Notes: generated by a model from the letters alone, not told the origin. A DNA stretch of 64,000 nt from Channa argus (GCF_033026475.1 NC_090211.1:3849726-3913725), one strand, 5' to 3'; positions 12,426 to 23,810 are shown, counted from the first letter of the stretch. A program made the numbers and translations.

Positions 12426-12514
12426 ATGAATCCCTCCATGAAATCTACTTTTCTCCTACTGGGAATGTGCTCTTTAATCATTTGTACTGTATACAACAAG
12501 CTGATCTCCAACAG
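12426..12514 (+). CDS. st6galnac2-like: Gene B exon 1 (tandem paralogue): MNPSMKSTFLLLGMCSLIICTVYNKLISN; 5 codons shorter in the transmembrane segment than gene A
   Basis: ATG and signal anchor present. Identical donor to gene A exon 1 (ag|gtaggtgggctgt), with a homologous intron start. Confidence 0.75.
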
Positions 12515-12917
12515 GTAGGTGGGCTGTGATGTCACCTGATAATGTTATGATGCAATTACATTTAAATATTCACCTGCTGCTCCAGAGTCTGGGTTAGTAA
12601 CCTGAACCAGGAAATTTTAGTTTTAAAGTAGAATAAATGTTTCTATTCAGTAGTTGTTTCAGATAAATAAGGATTGTTTGAAGTTGTCGAACAGACACCA
12701 AAAAGTCCTCTAACTTTAATGTTCAGAGATGTCGTTTAGAGGCCCTGCTGATTGGTGGACAGGGGTCAACATTGAAAAAAATTTATGTTGGCCACGATCA
12801 ACAGGTGTCAGAAGAAACATATATAAATGTCCATGCTGACTCCTGTCCATCACAACATTAAAACCACCAGGTGGCATTAATGTTCCGGCTAATTTATGTG
12901 TATTAAACCTTTTACAG

Positions 12918-12981
12918 AAGCTTCGTCACCTCAAGTGACTTGAACTTGAAAACCACATCAGCAGCTCAGCAAGAAGATAAA
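12918..12981 (+). CDS. st6galnac2-like: Gene B exon 2 (stem, RSFVTSSDLNLKTTSAAQQEDK); 27 nt shorter and strongly diverged from gene A exon 2
   Basis: Acceptor tttacag|, donor aaa|gtgagtgtttcttttc, which matches gene A's gtgagtgtttcttttc. Phase 2 in, phase 0 out. Confidence 0.6.
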
Positions 12982-14067
12982 GTGAGTGTTTCTTTTCGTT
13001 TCCTTTCAAGCTATAGGTGCAACTCCTTTGTCTCATTCACTGATTTAATCCTTTAACAATGTATACATATTGATACCAAATACCAATAATACATCTACAG
13101 TAAATATATAAAGTGCATCAGAGAAAAGAACATGCAATGTAGTGAAAGGCAAAAAATGAAGTAGAATTGCAAATAAATATGCATGTTGCATAAACACACA
13201 TATGGTTGATATTTCAACTACGGTACATTGTGTGTCCTTGGAAAAATTAGGGAAACCAAAAACATATTTCTATACTTTCATATCATTACATGTACCTGAC
13301 ACCAAGGCAAGCAATGAAGATAGGAAAAATGGAAAAATCAAATCATAGTCACAGTTGTCATTTTTTACATATAGTCAAAATGGCATGAAAGCAATCCTGC
13401 ATACTGAAGGTGATTGATCTCAAAATAAATTCAGAGTGTTGCCATTGTTTCCACTTATGTTGTGGAAATGGTATTTGGAAAGTATTGAAATCCCTTTAAT
13501 TTATGCACTTTTAACTGCATTAATAATTTTATTTGATATGGAAAACACCCTCATTTATCATGAAATAAAACACATGAACACAACACATTTTAAACATGTT
13601 TGAATTCTAAATATTGTCAAGCCAATTTGTGCTAGAAATTTACAATTGTCAAAATAACTCATATTTCAGTATAATACATAAAATTGATTTCCTCACATGT
13701 AGAAGACCGCAAAAATTTTGTCTGGATACATGTGTGCTCTTTTTTTTTTCAGCTCTTTTTTCCTTTCAATCAGTTTAAATTCCAGAAACCTTTAATGGCC
13801 AAAGAGCAACAAAGCTGCTGAACCAGTTCTCAAAAAGTCTATTCAGTATGTTGACTTTGTGCTTACTGTACTTGGTATTACCATCGTAATGAATTAATAA
13901 CATCTCCTTGGGCTCCTGTTTAAAGTGCATGAGGCGGTTTTCAGATCAGAAAAAAATATTCACACACAGACATTTTAGCTAAAATCTTACACTTAAAATA
14001 TGAATAACTGAGCCAGCCTGTTTCTCTGGACACTTTTTTCCAGCTTTAAACCTGTGTTTTTGTGCAG

Positions 14068-14239
14068 ATAGAAGCTCCTTGTTCTCTGAGGAAGGCAGTG
14101 AGGAATGATACTTTCTTTAGGAAGAGCTTCAGCTTCTCAGTACCGGTCCTTCAATGGATGGGAAGTTTTTTGGAATCAGCCTGGGAAAATCTGAAGAATG
14201 ATGCACCTCCATATGGCTGGAAGGGACTTCCCATTGATG
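14068..14239 (+). CDS. st6galnac2-like: Gene B exon 3 (IEAPCSLRKAVRNDTFFRKSFSFSVPVLQWMGSFLESAWENLKNDAPPYGWKGLPID)
   Basis: Identical length to gene A exon 3 and about 90% identical. Acceptor gtgcag|, donor gatg|gtacac. Confidence 0.8.
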
Positions 14240-15177
14240 GTACACTGCAGGGCCCTGATCTTAATACATGGAGAACTCTGTTATTCTGGTTTCAGTTGAT
14301 AATTTGACATCAACAGACATGATTGGTTCTTCCAATTCTTTAAACCCAAACATAGAAAAGTTTACTGTCAGTGAACTGGCCACGTATAATTCACAGTATA
14401 TGTTGCTGCTGCAGTTCATTGCAAGGTTTATTAACACACAGCCTGGTAGGATAAATCTTTGAGCCTGAGTTCAGAGCAAACAAAGTTGCCAGGAAACCGG
14501 TGATAGAGGACTTTACCTGGGAGTGAAAATGTTTTATTCATCAAATATTAAATTGCAAATTGCACCCTATAGCACCATATTACAAACTCGGCCAGAGTTA
14601 CAAACAGAGGTCAGAGCCTAAATCTTTAGCTACAAACAAATGTGATCATTTCTCTTTAACTAATATTCGGGTACTTTTCTTCATACATATTTAAGGTTAA
14701 ATGGAGTGAAGTTGGATTTCTAATCTAATTATTTAATTATTTGAGGCACCTGCTCACTCTGGTGGTTGAATAGACCATGTTGAAATTGATTTTACCTTTT
14801 CAGAAAAACTGATTCTGCTGAAGGCTTTGAGCAATATAATGATGTTACATTCAGACGTGATTCGTCAAAAGTGGCAAAAATACAGAACGAAAAAAAGCTG
14901 CCTGACAATTAAATGTACTTCATTAATGGCACCACAAATGCACATTCATTGATAGACAGAGAATTATTTGTATAATCTGTGCATAATAATTAGAACGACT
15001 ATAAGCTGATCTGAGTTTGCGAGTTTTGAGATATGTTGCTTAAAGACATTTGAAGAATCAACAGATCTGGATCATGTCTTATCATTTACTTTATTTTCCA
15101 GCTAATCCATGCATGAAGAATAGAGCCCAAATGTCCAGGTTATGTAACTTTGTCTTCTTTTCCTCTTTCTTCTCCAG

Positions 15178-15331
15178 TTGTCAATTCGACCCTCTCTCTC
15201 CTGAACAGCTCACACCTCTTTGATCATGGCTTACCTGACAGGTGTGTTCGCTGTGCTGTTGTGGGAAACGGTGGCATCCTCAGAGGATCCAGGCAAGGGA
15301 AGGACATTGATAGCCATGACTTTGTCTTCAG
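15178..15331 (+). CDS. st6galnac2-like: Gene B exon 4: sialylmotif L ([52 protein letters not shown])
   Basis: L-motif is intact. Same length and phase as gene A exon 4. Confidence 0.85.
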
Positions 15332-16516
15332 GTGAGACCGAAGACAACTGCAGCCTCCACATATTAAGTCTGATTTATGTATTTTTTTTAGAATGCATAA
15401 GACAAAATATTAGGCCTAAATTATGAGCATCTAAAATCAAAAGATGATCTTGCACCACTAAATCAATATAGTATGTCCTTTGGTTCTGCAAAATCACTTA
15501 TATGCACGCTTATTTATTTAAAAAAAATATTTATTTATTTATGTACTTATTGTTAAAAAAGTTGTTTTCTGAAATCGCATTATGTTATTTGGTTGTACTG
15601 TCCAAATGTTAGTCTGTCCTTTTGCCCCATCCTTGTGACGGCAATATCTCAGGAATACCTTGTCACAAATGTCCAGTTGGGATGAACTGATTAGACTTTG
15701 GGGGTCATAAGTCAAGGTAACTGTGGTTATCAAGGTAATTTCTCATCAATCTATCACTCTATCTATAAAAACAAAAAAGTCTGGATGAAGTTAAGGGAGC
15801 AGCTATAGGAGCTAAAATGCTTGATGATCTCATCAGGATGTTTCCGATGTTAGCAACTTTATCACAAAAAAAACTGAGCAAACTGATCACATTTTTTTTA
15901 CTCTAATATATTTTTTTTATATAGTGCTAAAAAGCAAAGAGGCATTATTTCAATTGTTAGTAATTAAGTAAGAAATATATGATTAATTTGAAGATTTCAT
16001 GTTTCTAATTTTTAAAAAAAATATCCATTCTTATATATTTGTGTAATGTAAAATATACTTGTAAATGTGTTTTGTTTTCAGCATCTTTTTGTTACAGTAT
16101 TCCCTTGTTAGGCTTTTGGTAACCCACTGATTTATTTAGATTTAACTGTTGCAAGACAATTATTCAAGATAATGTATTAATAAATTATCCACCATCATGC
16201 TACCTGATGGCAAAACATAATCTTTCTGTATTTTTGTGCTTATACAGACCAGATAGAGGTTTAGTCTCTCAGTTGGTAATAAGGTAGATGTGGGAATGAT
16301 GCTAAGAAAATTAAAAAAAAAAAAGATAGAAAATAAAGAAACTAACTGAGCAGTGGTTTTATTAAAGAGTGAAACTTTGTAAATAGGCTTGTTATTCAAG
16401 TTAAACAAAAATGAATAGTTTCCAAATACAGCACCAACACAGCGGCAACAGTAGAGGAAACTGCTTCCTGTAGTCTTTTAAAAATCATTTATCACTTGTT
16501 ATTCCTTGGTCTCCAG

Positions 16517-16655
16517 GGTGAATGGAGCAGTGATCCGAGGTTTTGAAGAAGATGTGGGTACAAACATTTCTTTCTATGGTTTTACTGTAAACACCATGAC
16601 ACATGCCCTCAGATGGTACAAAAAGGACGGTTTTACCAAAGTCCCTCAGGGCCCG
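16517..16655 (+). CDS. st6galnac2-like: Gene B exon 5 ([47 protein letters not shown])
   Basis: About 98% identical to gene A exon 5. The downstream 97-nt intron is identical to gene A's intron except for 1 nt. Confidence 0.85.
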
Positions 16656-16753
16656 GTGAGAAATGTTGAAACAAAGTGCTGAGATGTTTTATTCTCCTCG
16701 TCCGAGTTTATTTCTCTCTGACTGACTGTAATTTGTAATTTCTTCCTGTGCAG

Positions 16754-16857
16754 GACATAAAATACATCTTCATCCCTTCAGATCTCAGAGATTATGTGAT
16801 GTTGGACGCTGCTCTTCATGGTCGGACTGTCCCATCAGGCAGAGACAAGGGGGACAC
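16754..16857 (+). CDS. st6galnac2-like: Gene B exon 6 ([34 protein letters not shown])
   Basis: Near-identical to gene A exon 6. Donor ac|gtgagc. Confidence 0.85.
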
Positions 16858-17352
16858 GTGAGCTTCTTAAATTCAATAGCTAAGATCAACACTTATTTAT
16901 GCTATTTAACCCAAATTAAAGAACCAACATGTAGACGTATTTTACTGGCGATAACTATGCTGTTATCTAAAAAAAACCAAAAAAACAATGATTTGTATTG
17001 CACATTTCAAGAGTAGAGAATCATTAAACTGCAAAACAAGGTAACAAATTAGAATAACTCAAAACAGCTTTCACAGCCTATCAGTTTTTTAACTTTTTAA
17101 TCCATAATATCCATAATATCTGGATATGTAATGTATGGAAAAAAGGACCATGATTTGTCATGTAATTCTGTTCTTGGCCTGTGGATGGGGATGAACTCCT
17201 TAATTATTTCGTGTGTTTCCTTTTTCTTTTCTTTTACACGTTTTTTTTAAATAGAAGTTGCTTTTCTTTCTCCTGCTTGTTGTTCTCTTATTTGGCTTAT
17301 TATTGGAACATTTTTAAGTAGTTGATGTTTATTCACATTTCGTGTCCAACAG

Positions 17353-17429
17353 ACCCAGTATTTTGGCCACAACACATCTGACAGTTTCAAGATTCTCCAC
17401 CCAGAATTTATTTCCTATGTAACAAAAAG
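17353..17429 (+). pseudogene. st6galnac2-like: Gene B exon 7 homologue is 77 nt against 81 nt in gene A. The net 4-nt deletion near the acceptor (accc-ag-tattttgg vs accc-tggaat-tattttgg) shifts the frame: read in the phase delivered by exon 6 it hits TAA at ...cctatgTAAc. Exons 8 and 9 downstream are intact.
   Basis: Direct alignment of the two copies. No alternative AG acceptor within about 12 nt restores the frame. Confidence 0.6.
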
Positions 17430-17549
17430 GTAAAGGACCAGAGTTTGTTTTGAAAAATGACGAGAGGCCTCTAAATTTAAGTCCAGGTGTTGTGAACAGC
17501 CACACAGAAAGACTGAGTTTCGTCTCTGCATTTTTTATTTATTTCTCAG

Positions 17550-17640
17550 CTTCCTTAATTCTCCTCGGATGACCAACAACCTGTATATACCGAGCACTGG
17601 AGCCCTGATGCTGCTGACCGCCTTACACAGCTGTGATCAG
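17550..17640 (+). CDS. st6galnac2-like: Gene B exon 8: S-motif ([30 protein letters not shown]), 3 codons shorter than gene A
   Basis: Acceptor tctcag|, donor cag|gtaata. The S-motif is conserved. Confidence 0.75.
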
Positions 17641-17646
17641 GTAATA

Positions 17647-17690
17647 CAAACACACACACACACACAAACACACACATTCTCTCTCTCTCA
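17647..17690. repeat. (CA)n followed by (CT)n compound microsatellite in gene B intron 8
   Basis: Direct reading. Confidence 0.9.
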
Positions 17691-18247
17691 ATAAGTTCAC
17701 CATAAACTGTTATGAAAAAAATAAAATAAAATGTTTAGTACAGTGCTTAAAGCTACAATATGCAGCTTAAGTTGGTTCAAGATTTTGTTCTGTCACTTGC
17801 TCTACTACACCCCACCACGCTCTTCCCAGCACTACAGGTAGTTATAAATATCAATATTAAATATCAAAAAATATCAAATCATAATTTGTTTTATTTTAGC
17901 AAGCAAATAATCAATAATGAATCAATCTAAGTTAATTTATAGTCATTCAAAATTTTACCTAACTAAATATAGAAAAAAAGAAGGAACACTACTATACATC
18001 CATAAATCCAAATAGATTATTTATAAAAATATATACGCTTTTAATAACTGCACCACATTCCTAACAGTCATGATGTTTTTATGTTTTTTTGTTTTGTTTT
18101 GTATCAAACTGATCCAGTAATTGTTGTCACACTGCAGAGAAACTTTGAAAATCACAGTTTTGTAAAAACTGGATACAATACAATACAATGTAAATACTGG
18201 AGGTGAAGCTTGTGAATCACTGAACCACACTGTCATCTATCCTAAAG

Positions 18248-18427
18248 GTTTCTGCTTACGGCTTCATCACCAGCAACTATGCAGCATTCTCTGATCATTA
18301 CTATGACCCCAAGCATAAGCCCCTCAAATTCTACACCAACCATGACATGCAGATGGAGAGCCGGCTGTGGGAGGCTCTGCACCTTCGTAACATCATGAAG
18401 TTGTATCAGAGAAGCAAAGACAAGTGA
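18248..18427 (+). CDS. st6galnac2-like: Gene B exon 9: [59 protein letters not shown], stop TGA at 18425..18427
   Basis: Same 180-nt length as gene A's last exon. The acceptor is weaker (ctaaag|). VS motif conserved. Confidence 0.75.
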   Translation, partial: VSAYGFITSNYAAFSDHYYDPKHKPLKFYTNHDMQMESRLWEALHLRNIMKLYQRSKDK

Positions 18428-18610
18428 GGAGACAGGGGGGGTATGATAAATATGATATATCATTTTAAGTGTTTTTGTTGACTTTTTCTTAGAAATATAT
18501 TAAAAAGTAAATTATTTTTGTCAGTTTTAAAATGTACTCTCATGCTCAGCTGTTATATTGGATTGCATTGAACAGAAGAACTCAATGAAGAGCCTAGTGT
18601 ATGTTTAGAT

Positions 18611-19044
18611 CAGGGGTCTCCAACCTTTTTGTCCCCTGAGAGCTACTTTTACAAAATGATCTATTTATTGTCATATTGTATTTCGACGAAAACCAACTGA
18701 TAAGCCGTTGTCCACAACTCACGCTGCTCGTTGAGAACAGAGAGAACGATACGTGTTGTGACGTCAGAGTCTCCAAAAGTCTCTAATAGAAAACCAGAAA
18801 AAGTCGCTAGATTTGCTATTACTCGATTCTTAGAGGGGTCTTAATACTGGCTACGTGTAAACACTGACTCATCAAGCTTGACAAATTGTCGAAGAATCCT
18901 TTATGTAAGAAGGGGGCGGGACACTTATGAATCTGATATACATTTAAGTTGGTTTGAGAACTTAAATTTGACTAATCAAATTTATGTAGGATTCATTAAC
19001 CCTTTTGGAGAGTTACTGCATGAGCAGTGTGGTGGAGACCCCTT
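18611..19044. mobile_element. 434-bp non-autonomous DNA transposon (MITE), hAT-like: terminal inverted repeats CAGGGGTCTCCAACC / GGTGGAGACCCCTT flanked by a perfect 8-bp target-site duplication GTTTAGAT (18603..18610 and 19045..19052). Sits 184 bp 3' of the gene B stop.
   Basis: The TIR and the TSD are both visible in the sequence. An 8-bp TSD and a CAG.. terminus are typical of the hAT superfamily. No transposase ORF inside. Confidence 0.7.
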
Positions 19045-22000
19045 GTTTAGATATATTCAATATATAAAGGTAAAAATGAAAAAAGTATTTCAAATGCAAA
19101 ATTGGACGACATATTTTTGTTGAATTGAATTGATGTGTCTATGTAATGTGAAAGTTGTCTGTATTAAAACCTCCAGAGATTTGTTATCAATTAACTGCAA
19201 CTTTAATAAACATTTTAGCCTTGCTTGGCTCCTTGTTTTATTTCTGCAGCTCATTTACTGTTTTTGTCACAGAGACAAAAAAAAAAACTTAAAAAGCCAC
19301 TGAACACAAACAGCAGACAGTCGACTGTTGACTGCATGTAGCAGCTGACGAGTCAGATATTTCCCTTAGTCGCCTATACAGCTGCTGGATGTGGAATTTA
19401 GCAACTTGATTTCTTGTTATAGATGTTTCACAGACTGCAAGTGGTCAGAAACACAAGTAAATTAAGTATATTGGAAGACAATTATGTACAAATGCAATTT
19501 CTAGCACCAGTGGTGATCCTGGAGTCTGTAGGGGCAGAAATGGGAAAAAGTATTGTCTGCGTTAGCTGATTATTTGCAGCCTGCTAGCTAAGCTAACAAG
19601 CAAAGCTGTAACACATAAGTTAGCTGAGTTAGCTCATGTTAAATGTTAAAATAAACAAGACACAATGCGGAAGCTCTGTTATTTAACTGTCCCTTCACCA
19701 CAATTGCAGCTACATTGGCAGCATTTAGCCAATGATACATAGTTTATTATATTTAATCGTCATTATCTCAACTGCTCCACTTACCGCTATCTTGGTTTTC
19801 TTTGGTCCTCCCGCTGTTCTTTTTTTTTACTCCGAGAAAGATAACTCCTCTTCATCTTTATGAGCGTGTTTTCCTTGTTTCATTAGACCTGTTTATTCAC
19901 ACTGAATCGTGATCTACTTGTAACAGAGTTAGAGTAGAGTTAGCGCCTCTGTCAAATATAGCGAAAAATGTAAATTAAAAGAGAATACAACGATGAGACC
20001 CATTTTTGATTCTAAATAGCATATTAACAAAACCTCTTCCAGATACAGATTTATACTGCAGTCCTTCAATGATGGTCACTACACTGTGTGAGTTTTGTAA
20101 CGAGTTGGTTGAACAAGCAATAATTAAGCGGAGTTACTTTAAAGGGGGTTAATCTTTATACAATCACTGATTTTTTTGGTTTTTTTATTTTTTTTATTAA
20201 TTTAGTTTATTTAGTCGAGGCATGTTCCCACTTTGTCAAATTAAAACAAATAAGATTTACGTTGGAAAAAGGTTACACAATTCTGTAACAACTGTTGTCG
20301 TTTTGAAGTTTGTTTTAAACTTTAATTTATTATTTGTATGCAAACTGGTATACATATTATATGGTGTTGTTAATCATATTACTGTGTCATGTTACTAGGA
20401 CTGTTGTATTTTGATGGTTGGTTTATTACAATTCCTTGAATTAATTTTTTATATAAACTGGTATGCTGATTTTTATTAGTTTTTCAAACTATTCTCTTAA
20501 TTTGAAATTCTCAAATGATCAGGTTCTTTTTGAAACCATTTATTAGTGCCTCAAATAATGATTATTAGATGTTTTTGTTAAGGTAAAATAAATGGTTATT
20601 TAAAGAAGGTTTTTGGAAGGTTTGAGGCATCTTTAAATGCTCTTTAAATGACTTGGAGAAGGCAGCAGTATTTCTGGTTTGTGTTCATACACTTTTTTTT
20701 TCATGGTAGGGTCCTAACTTGCATTTGTGGATAGAGCAGGAAACTGACAGTTATTTTCAGAGGTATTCCTGAGCCCATGCACTTATTTCCACTACACAAT
20801 TAGGACAGTTTTTGATGCTGCCTGAGGGTCCAAACGTCAGAGCTATCTAGGAATGTTTTTGGCCTTGTACCTTGCGTTGTTCTTGGTTTCAGGATGTTTT
20901 AGATATGCTATTAGGTATTTACTATAGTGAAGAAATTAAACCTTCTCCAGAGGCATTGAACATACATTTTATGTATTATTGCACAACTGTATTTCCCACT
21001 GGAATTTATAAAGTTGTCTGATCTGATGTTTTCAGAGTAGTGAACTTTGCTCCATGCTTAGTTGTGGCAGACTCAGCTTCTCTGAGATGCTCCTCTTATT
21101 CCCAGACACAATTAACCTCCTTAGTTCTGAGATGTCCCACCATGTTTTGTTGCCCGAGTCAACTTTTAATTAAAAAAGAGAAATGAGAAACATTAAAAGG
21201 GTCATCAATTTTGTTAACTTACAACAAAATAGCAAAACCTTAGATGTGAAACACTATAATATCCACTCTCATTGAATTCTGAGTGAAATATGATAAAACA
21301 TTTAAAGGCACATACTAGAAAATCATTCGATAATATACTCAAAACATGCAATAAAGATTTAACAAAATGCGTAAAATAAGGCAAAATAAACAGTGACTTA
21401 TACAAATAATGTATGACTTCATCCCATAAAGAATAAAAGTTTCTAAAATGTCCATCAAGTAGAAAAGGTTTTGATTATTGCAAATAAATGTGCGGTAGCC
21501 TACTACATGACAGATTTACACTTTCATAATTTTGTTTTTGTAAGTACATGGGCTACATAAAGGTTTAAACTGACAGTTACAGTAACTGTTCTGAAAAGAT
21601 GTTTGTTTAGAGCTGGATACTTTTTATGATTTGTAATAATAATTTATCATTTAACGAATCAGTATTATTCCAGCATAAAACAGTGGAGAGACTACTTTGG
21701 AAAATAAACAACACAATGAATCCGTGAATGTATGAATGATTTGTGCACAAAGTCGTGAGCTAAAGTGTTAACAGTGGATTTTGTGAACCGCCAAAAATAC
21801 ATCTTGTTTTGAAAGTCTCCGTCGGATGTTGTATGTGGTGTGTTCACGGCACCTTGACACCGTCCCAACATTTTCGAAATCAGCGGAGAGAGTGTGGCAT
21901 TTACGGCGAGGAAGGAAAAGCTGATAGAGAGGTGACTAACGAAGTGTAGTCTAAAGTGTAAGTCCTAAAACTACATACATCTCCTATGCTAATTATGCAA

Positions 22001-22393
22001 GAGCACTGAGCAATAATTGAATAGTCTTTGAAGCTACTGCTGTTGACATAAAAGCCAAAGGAACATCGACTTTTCTGGAATATCAACACATGGACTAACG
22101 TTACTTTTCCAGCTCTGCTGAGTCTTCCTGCAAACTGCCACCGTGGTCCGTTAAAATGCAGGGGTCGAAAAGTGCCTAAGACAGTTCTATTAAAAAGGTA
22201 AGTCGTTTTTGACATTCATATGATATTTTTACAAGTATGAAAATAATTGTAAAAATTCTTACTAGTGGCATTAACTAACTTCGGTAACATTACAAAGGTC
22301 GGCGCTGTGGGAACAGGCTAAGCGCCTCCCGGTGTTGACATGCCAGACTCTCGCCGCGTTTTGTCCTTTTTTTCCGGTGGGGAGAGAGCTTAC

Positions 22394-22429
22394 ATTACAC
22401 CGTGTGAAATCTTTTTCACACGGTGTAAT
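22394..22429. repeat. Perfect 16-bp inverted repeat with a 4-nt loop (ATTACACCGTGTGAAA tctt TTTCACACGGTGTAAT), followed by an A14 run
   Basis: Direct reading. Confidence 0.9.
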
Positions 22430-22695
22430 TTACTTGAAAAAAAAAAAAAAATGGCACCACAGAGACGTTTCTGTATCTTTGCAAACAGCTCTTCAAATCG
22501 GCGTAGGTTTTCATCTTAAAGTTGCATTTCAATGGATTTGGGCGCAGAGTGGTCCTTAACGCACAGCCTCACTATGCTCAGTTTAGCTGGTACAAGACTT
22601 GCTGTTACGGTTTAGAAGTGCTTGCTACAAATGTATTCACAAAAATGATAACATATTTTATCGTACGCCACATAAACTTGGCTTCAAGTTAAACA

Positions 22696-22736
22696 CCGAT
22701 CAGCCACAACATCAAACCACCGTTGTGGCTGATCGG
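22696..22736. repeat. Perfect 15-bp inverted repeat with an 11-nt loop (CCGATCAGCCACAAC atcaaaccacc GTTGTGGCTGATCGG)
   Basis: Direct reading. Confidence 0.9.
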
Positions 22737-23780
22737 GGTGAGCGTGCTGTTACACAGCATGCTGGGGGTTTTGACACCTGTCGATCACGTCTAGCGTTAA
22801 AAAGTTCCCATGCTCTCCCCTGTCCATGACAGCGTTGTTGCCCATTTGTGTTTTAGTGTAAAATGGGGTATTCATCGACACTTTGGACCACTGCACTAGC
22901 AACTGCAGTCTTTGCAGTGACACAGTGACATTTCTTATAAGGACTGTGCCTCTTGTCTTGTCACGTACAGTGTTTTACTAAAAACAAAGCTCCTGAGGGG
23001 TTAGAGGAAAAAAGAGGGGGTGATAGGGCCAAAAGGGACTGATAGCTCCCTGCCCCTTTGTGACTGCATAGTTATGTAATGACACAAGTTGTAAGCAGGA
23101 AAACAGAGCAGGGTGCAGGGCCACACCAGTGGACTCTGTGATCGAACTGCAAACACACCTCATAACACACTGTTTGTTTATACAGCAACACTGATTTTGA
23201 GGCCTGGTGCTGCAGCAGTGATCATGTTTTCAGACAGAAATCGGGACTGTCAACAGCAATGTCAGTCATCTGCAGCAAAACTGGAGCAGAGCTCACAAAC
23301 TCTGCCAACTTCTTCTTCCTATATCTGTGAGTTGTGGTCTGGCCAGTGGGCTGGAAGAGTTTAAGTAGCTTTTCTGCAGCTGAAACGAAGTGTAAAGCCA
23401 GGGCTAACTTATAATCTATCACAGCATCCCGAGGGAAGCAGCAGAGCAAGAGAAGTCAACTGAATGCCACGCAGAGCTGAATGCCAGGTGGTTTAACTGA
23501 TCAGTTATTCCACTCTGCTTTAAAAATGTGGATTAACTAAACGGGGTTTGGTTTAAAATGCACTTGACCCCAAGTAGGAAATGTTTAACTTCTCATGCTG
23601 TGGCGAGGCTCTGGTAGTCTCATCAATATTTACACAGCAGAGACAGCCCATAAGCCGATTCTTCATGAGCTGTAGGTTGTTTGAAGATTTGGTGAGCTGT
23701 AATTAAACCAACCGCTCGGCTCACAGGACGTTTAACACTCGGTTACTGTGGTTTCCCAGCACCGATCTCACCTGTGACAG

Positions 23781-23810
23781 GTGTGTTTGTGTGTGTGTGA
23801 GAGAGAGAGA
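23781..23810. repeat. (GT)n(GA)n compound microsatellite
   Basis: Direct reading. Confidence 0.9.

Larger units (their letters stand above)
21780..22900 (+). promoter_or_regulatory. CpG-enriched, relatively GC-rich block about 2.5-3.5 kb upstream of the caskin2 ATG. Candidate promoter with non-coding 5' exon(s): possible donors at 21957 (aagtgtaagtcc) and 22198 (aaaaag|gtaagtcg).
   Basis: CpG density (cg dinucleotides such as cggcaccttgacaccgtcc, cggcgctgtgggaacaggctaagcgcctcccgg, ctcgccgcg) is clearly higher than in the surrounding AT-rich sequence. No TATA box or TSS can be verified by eye. Confidence 0.25.
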
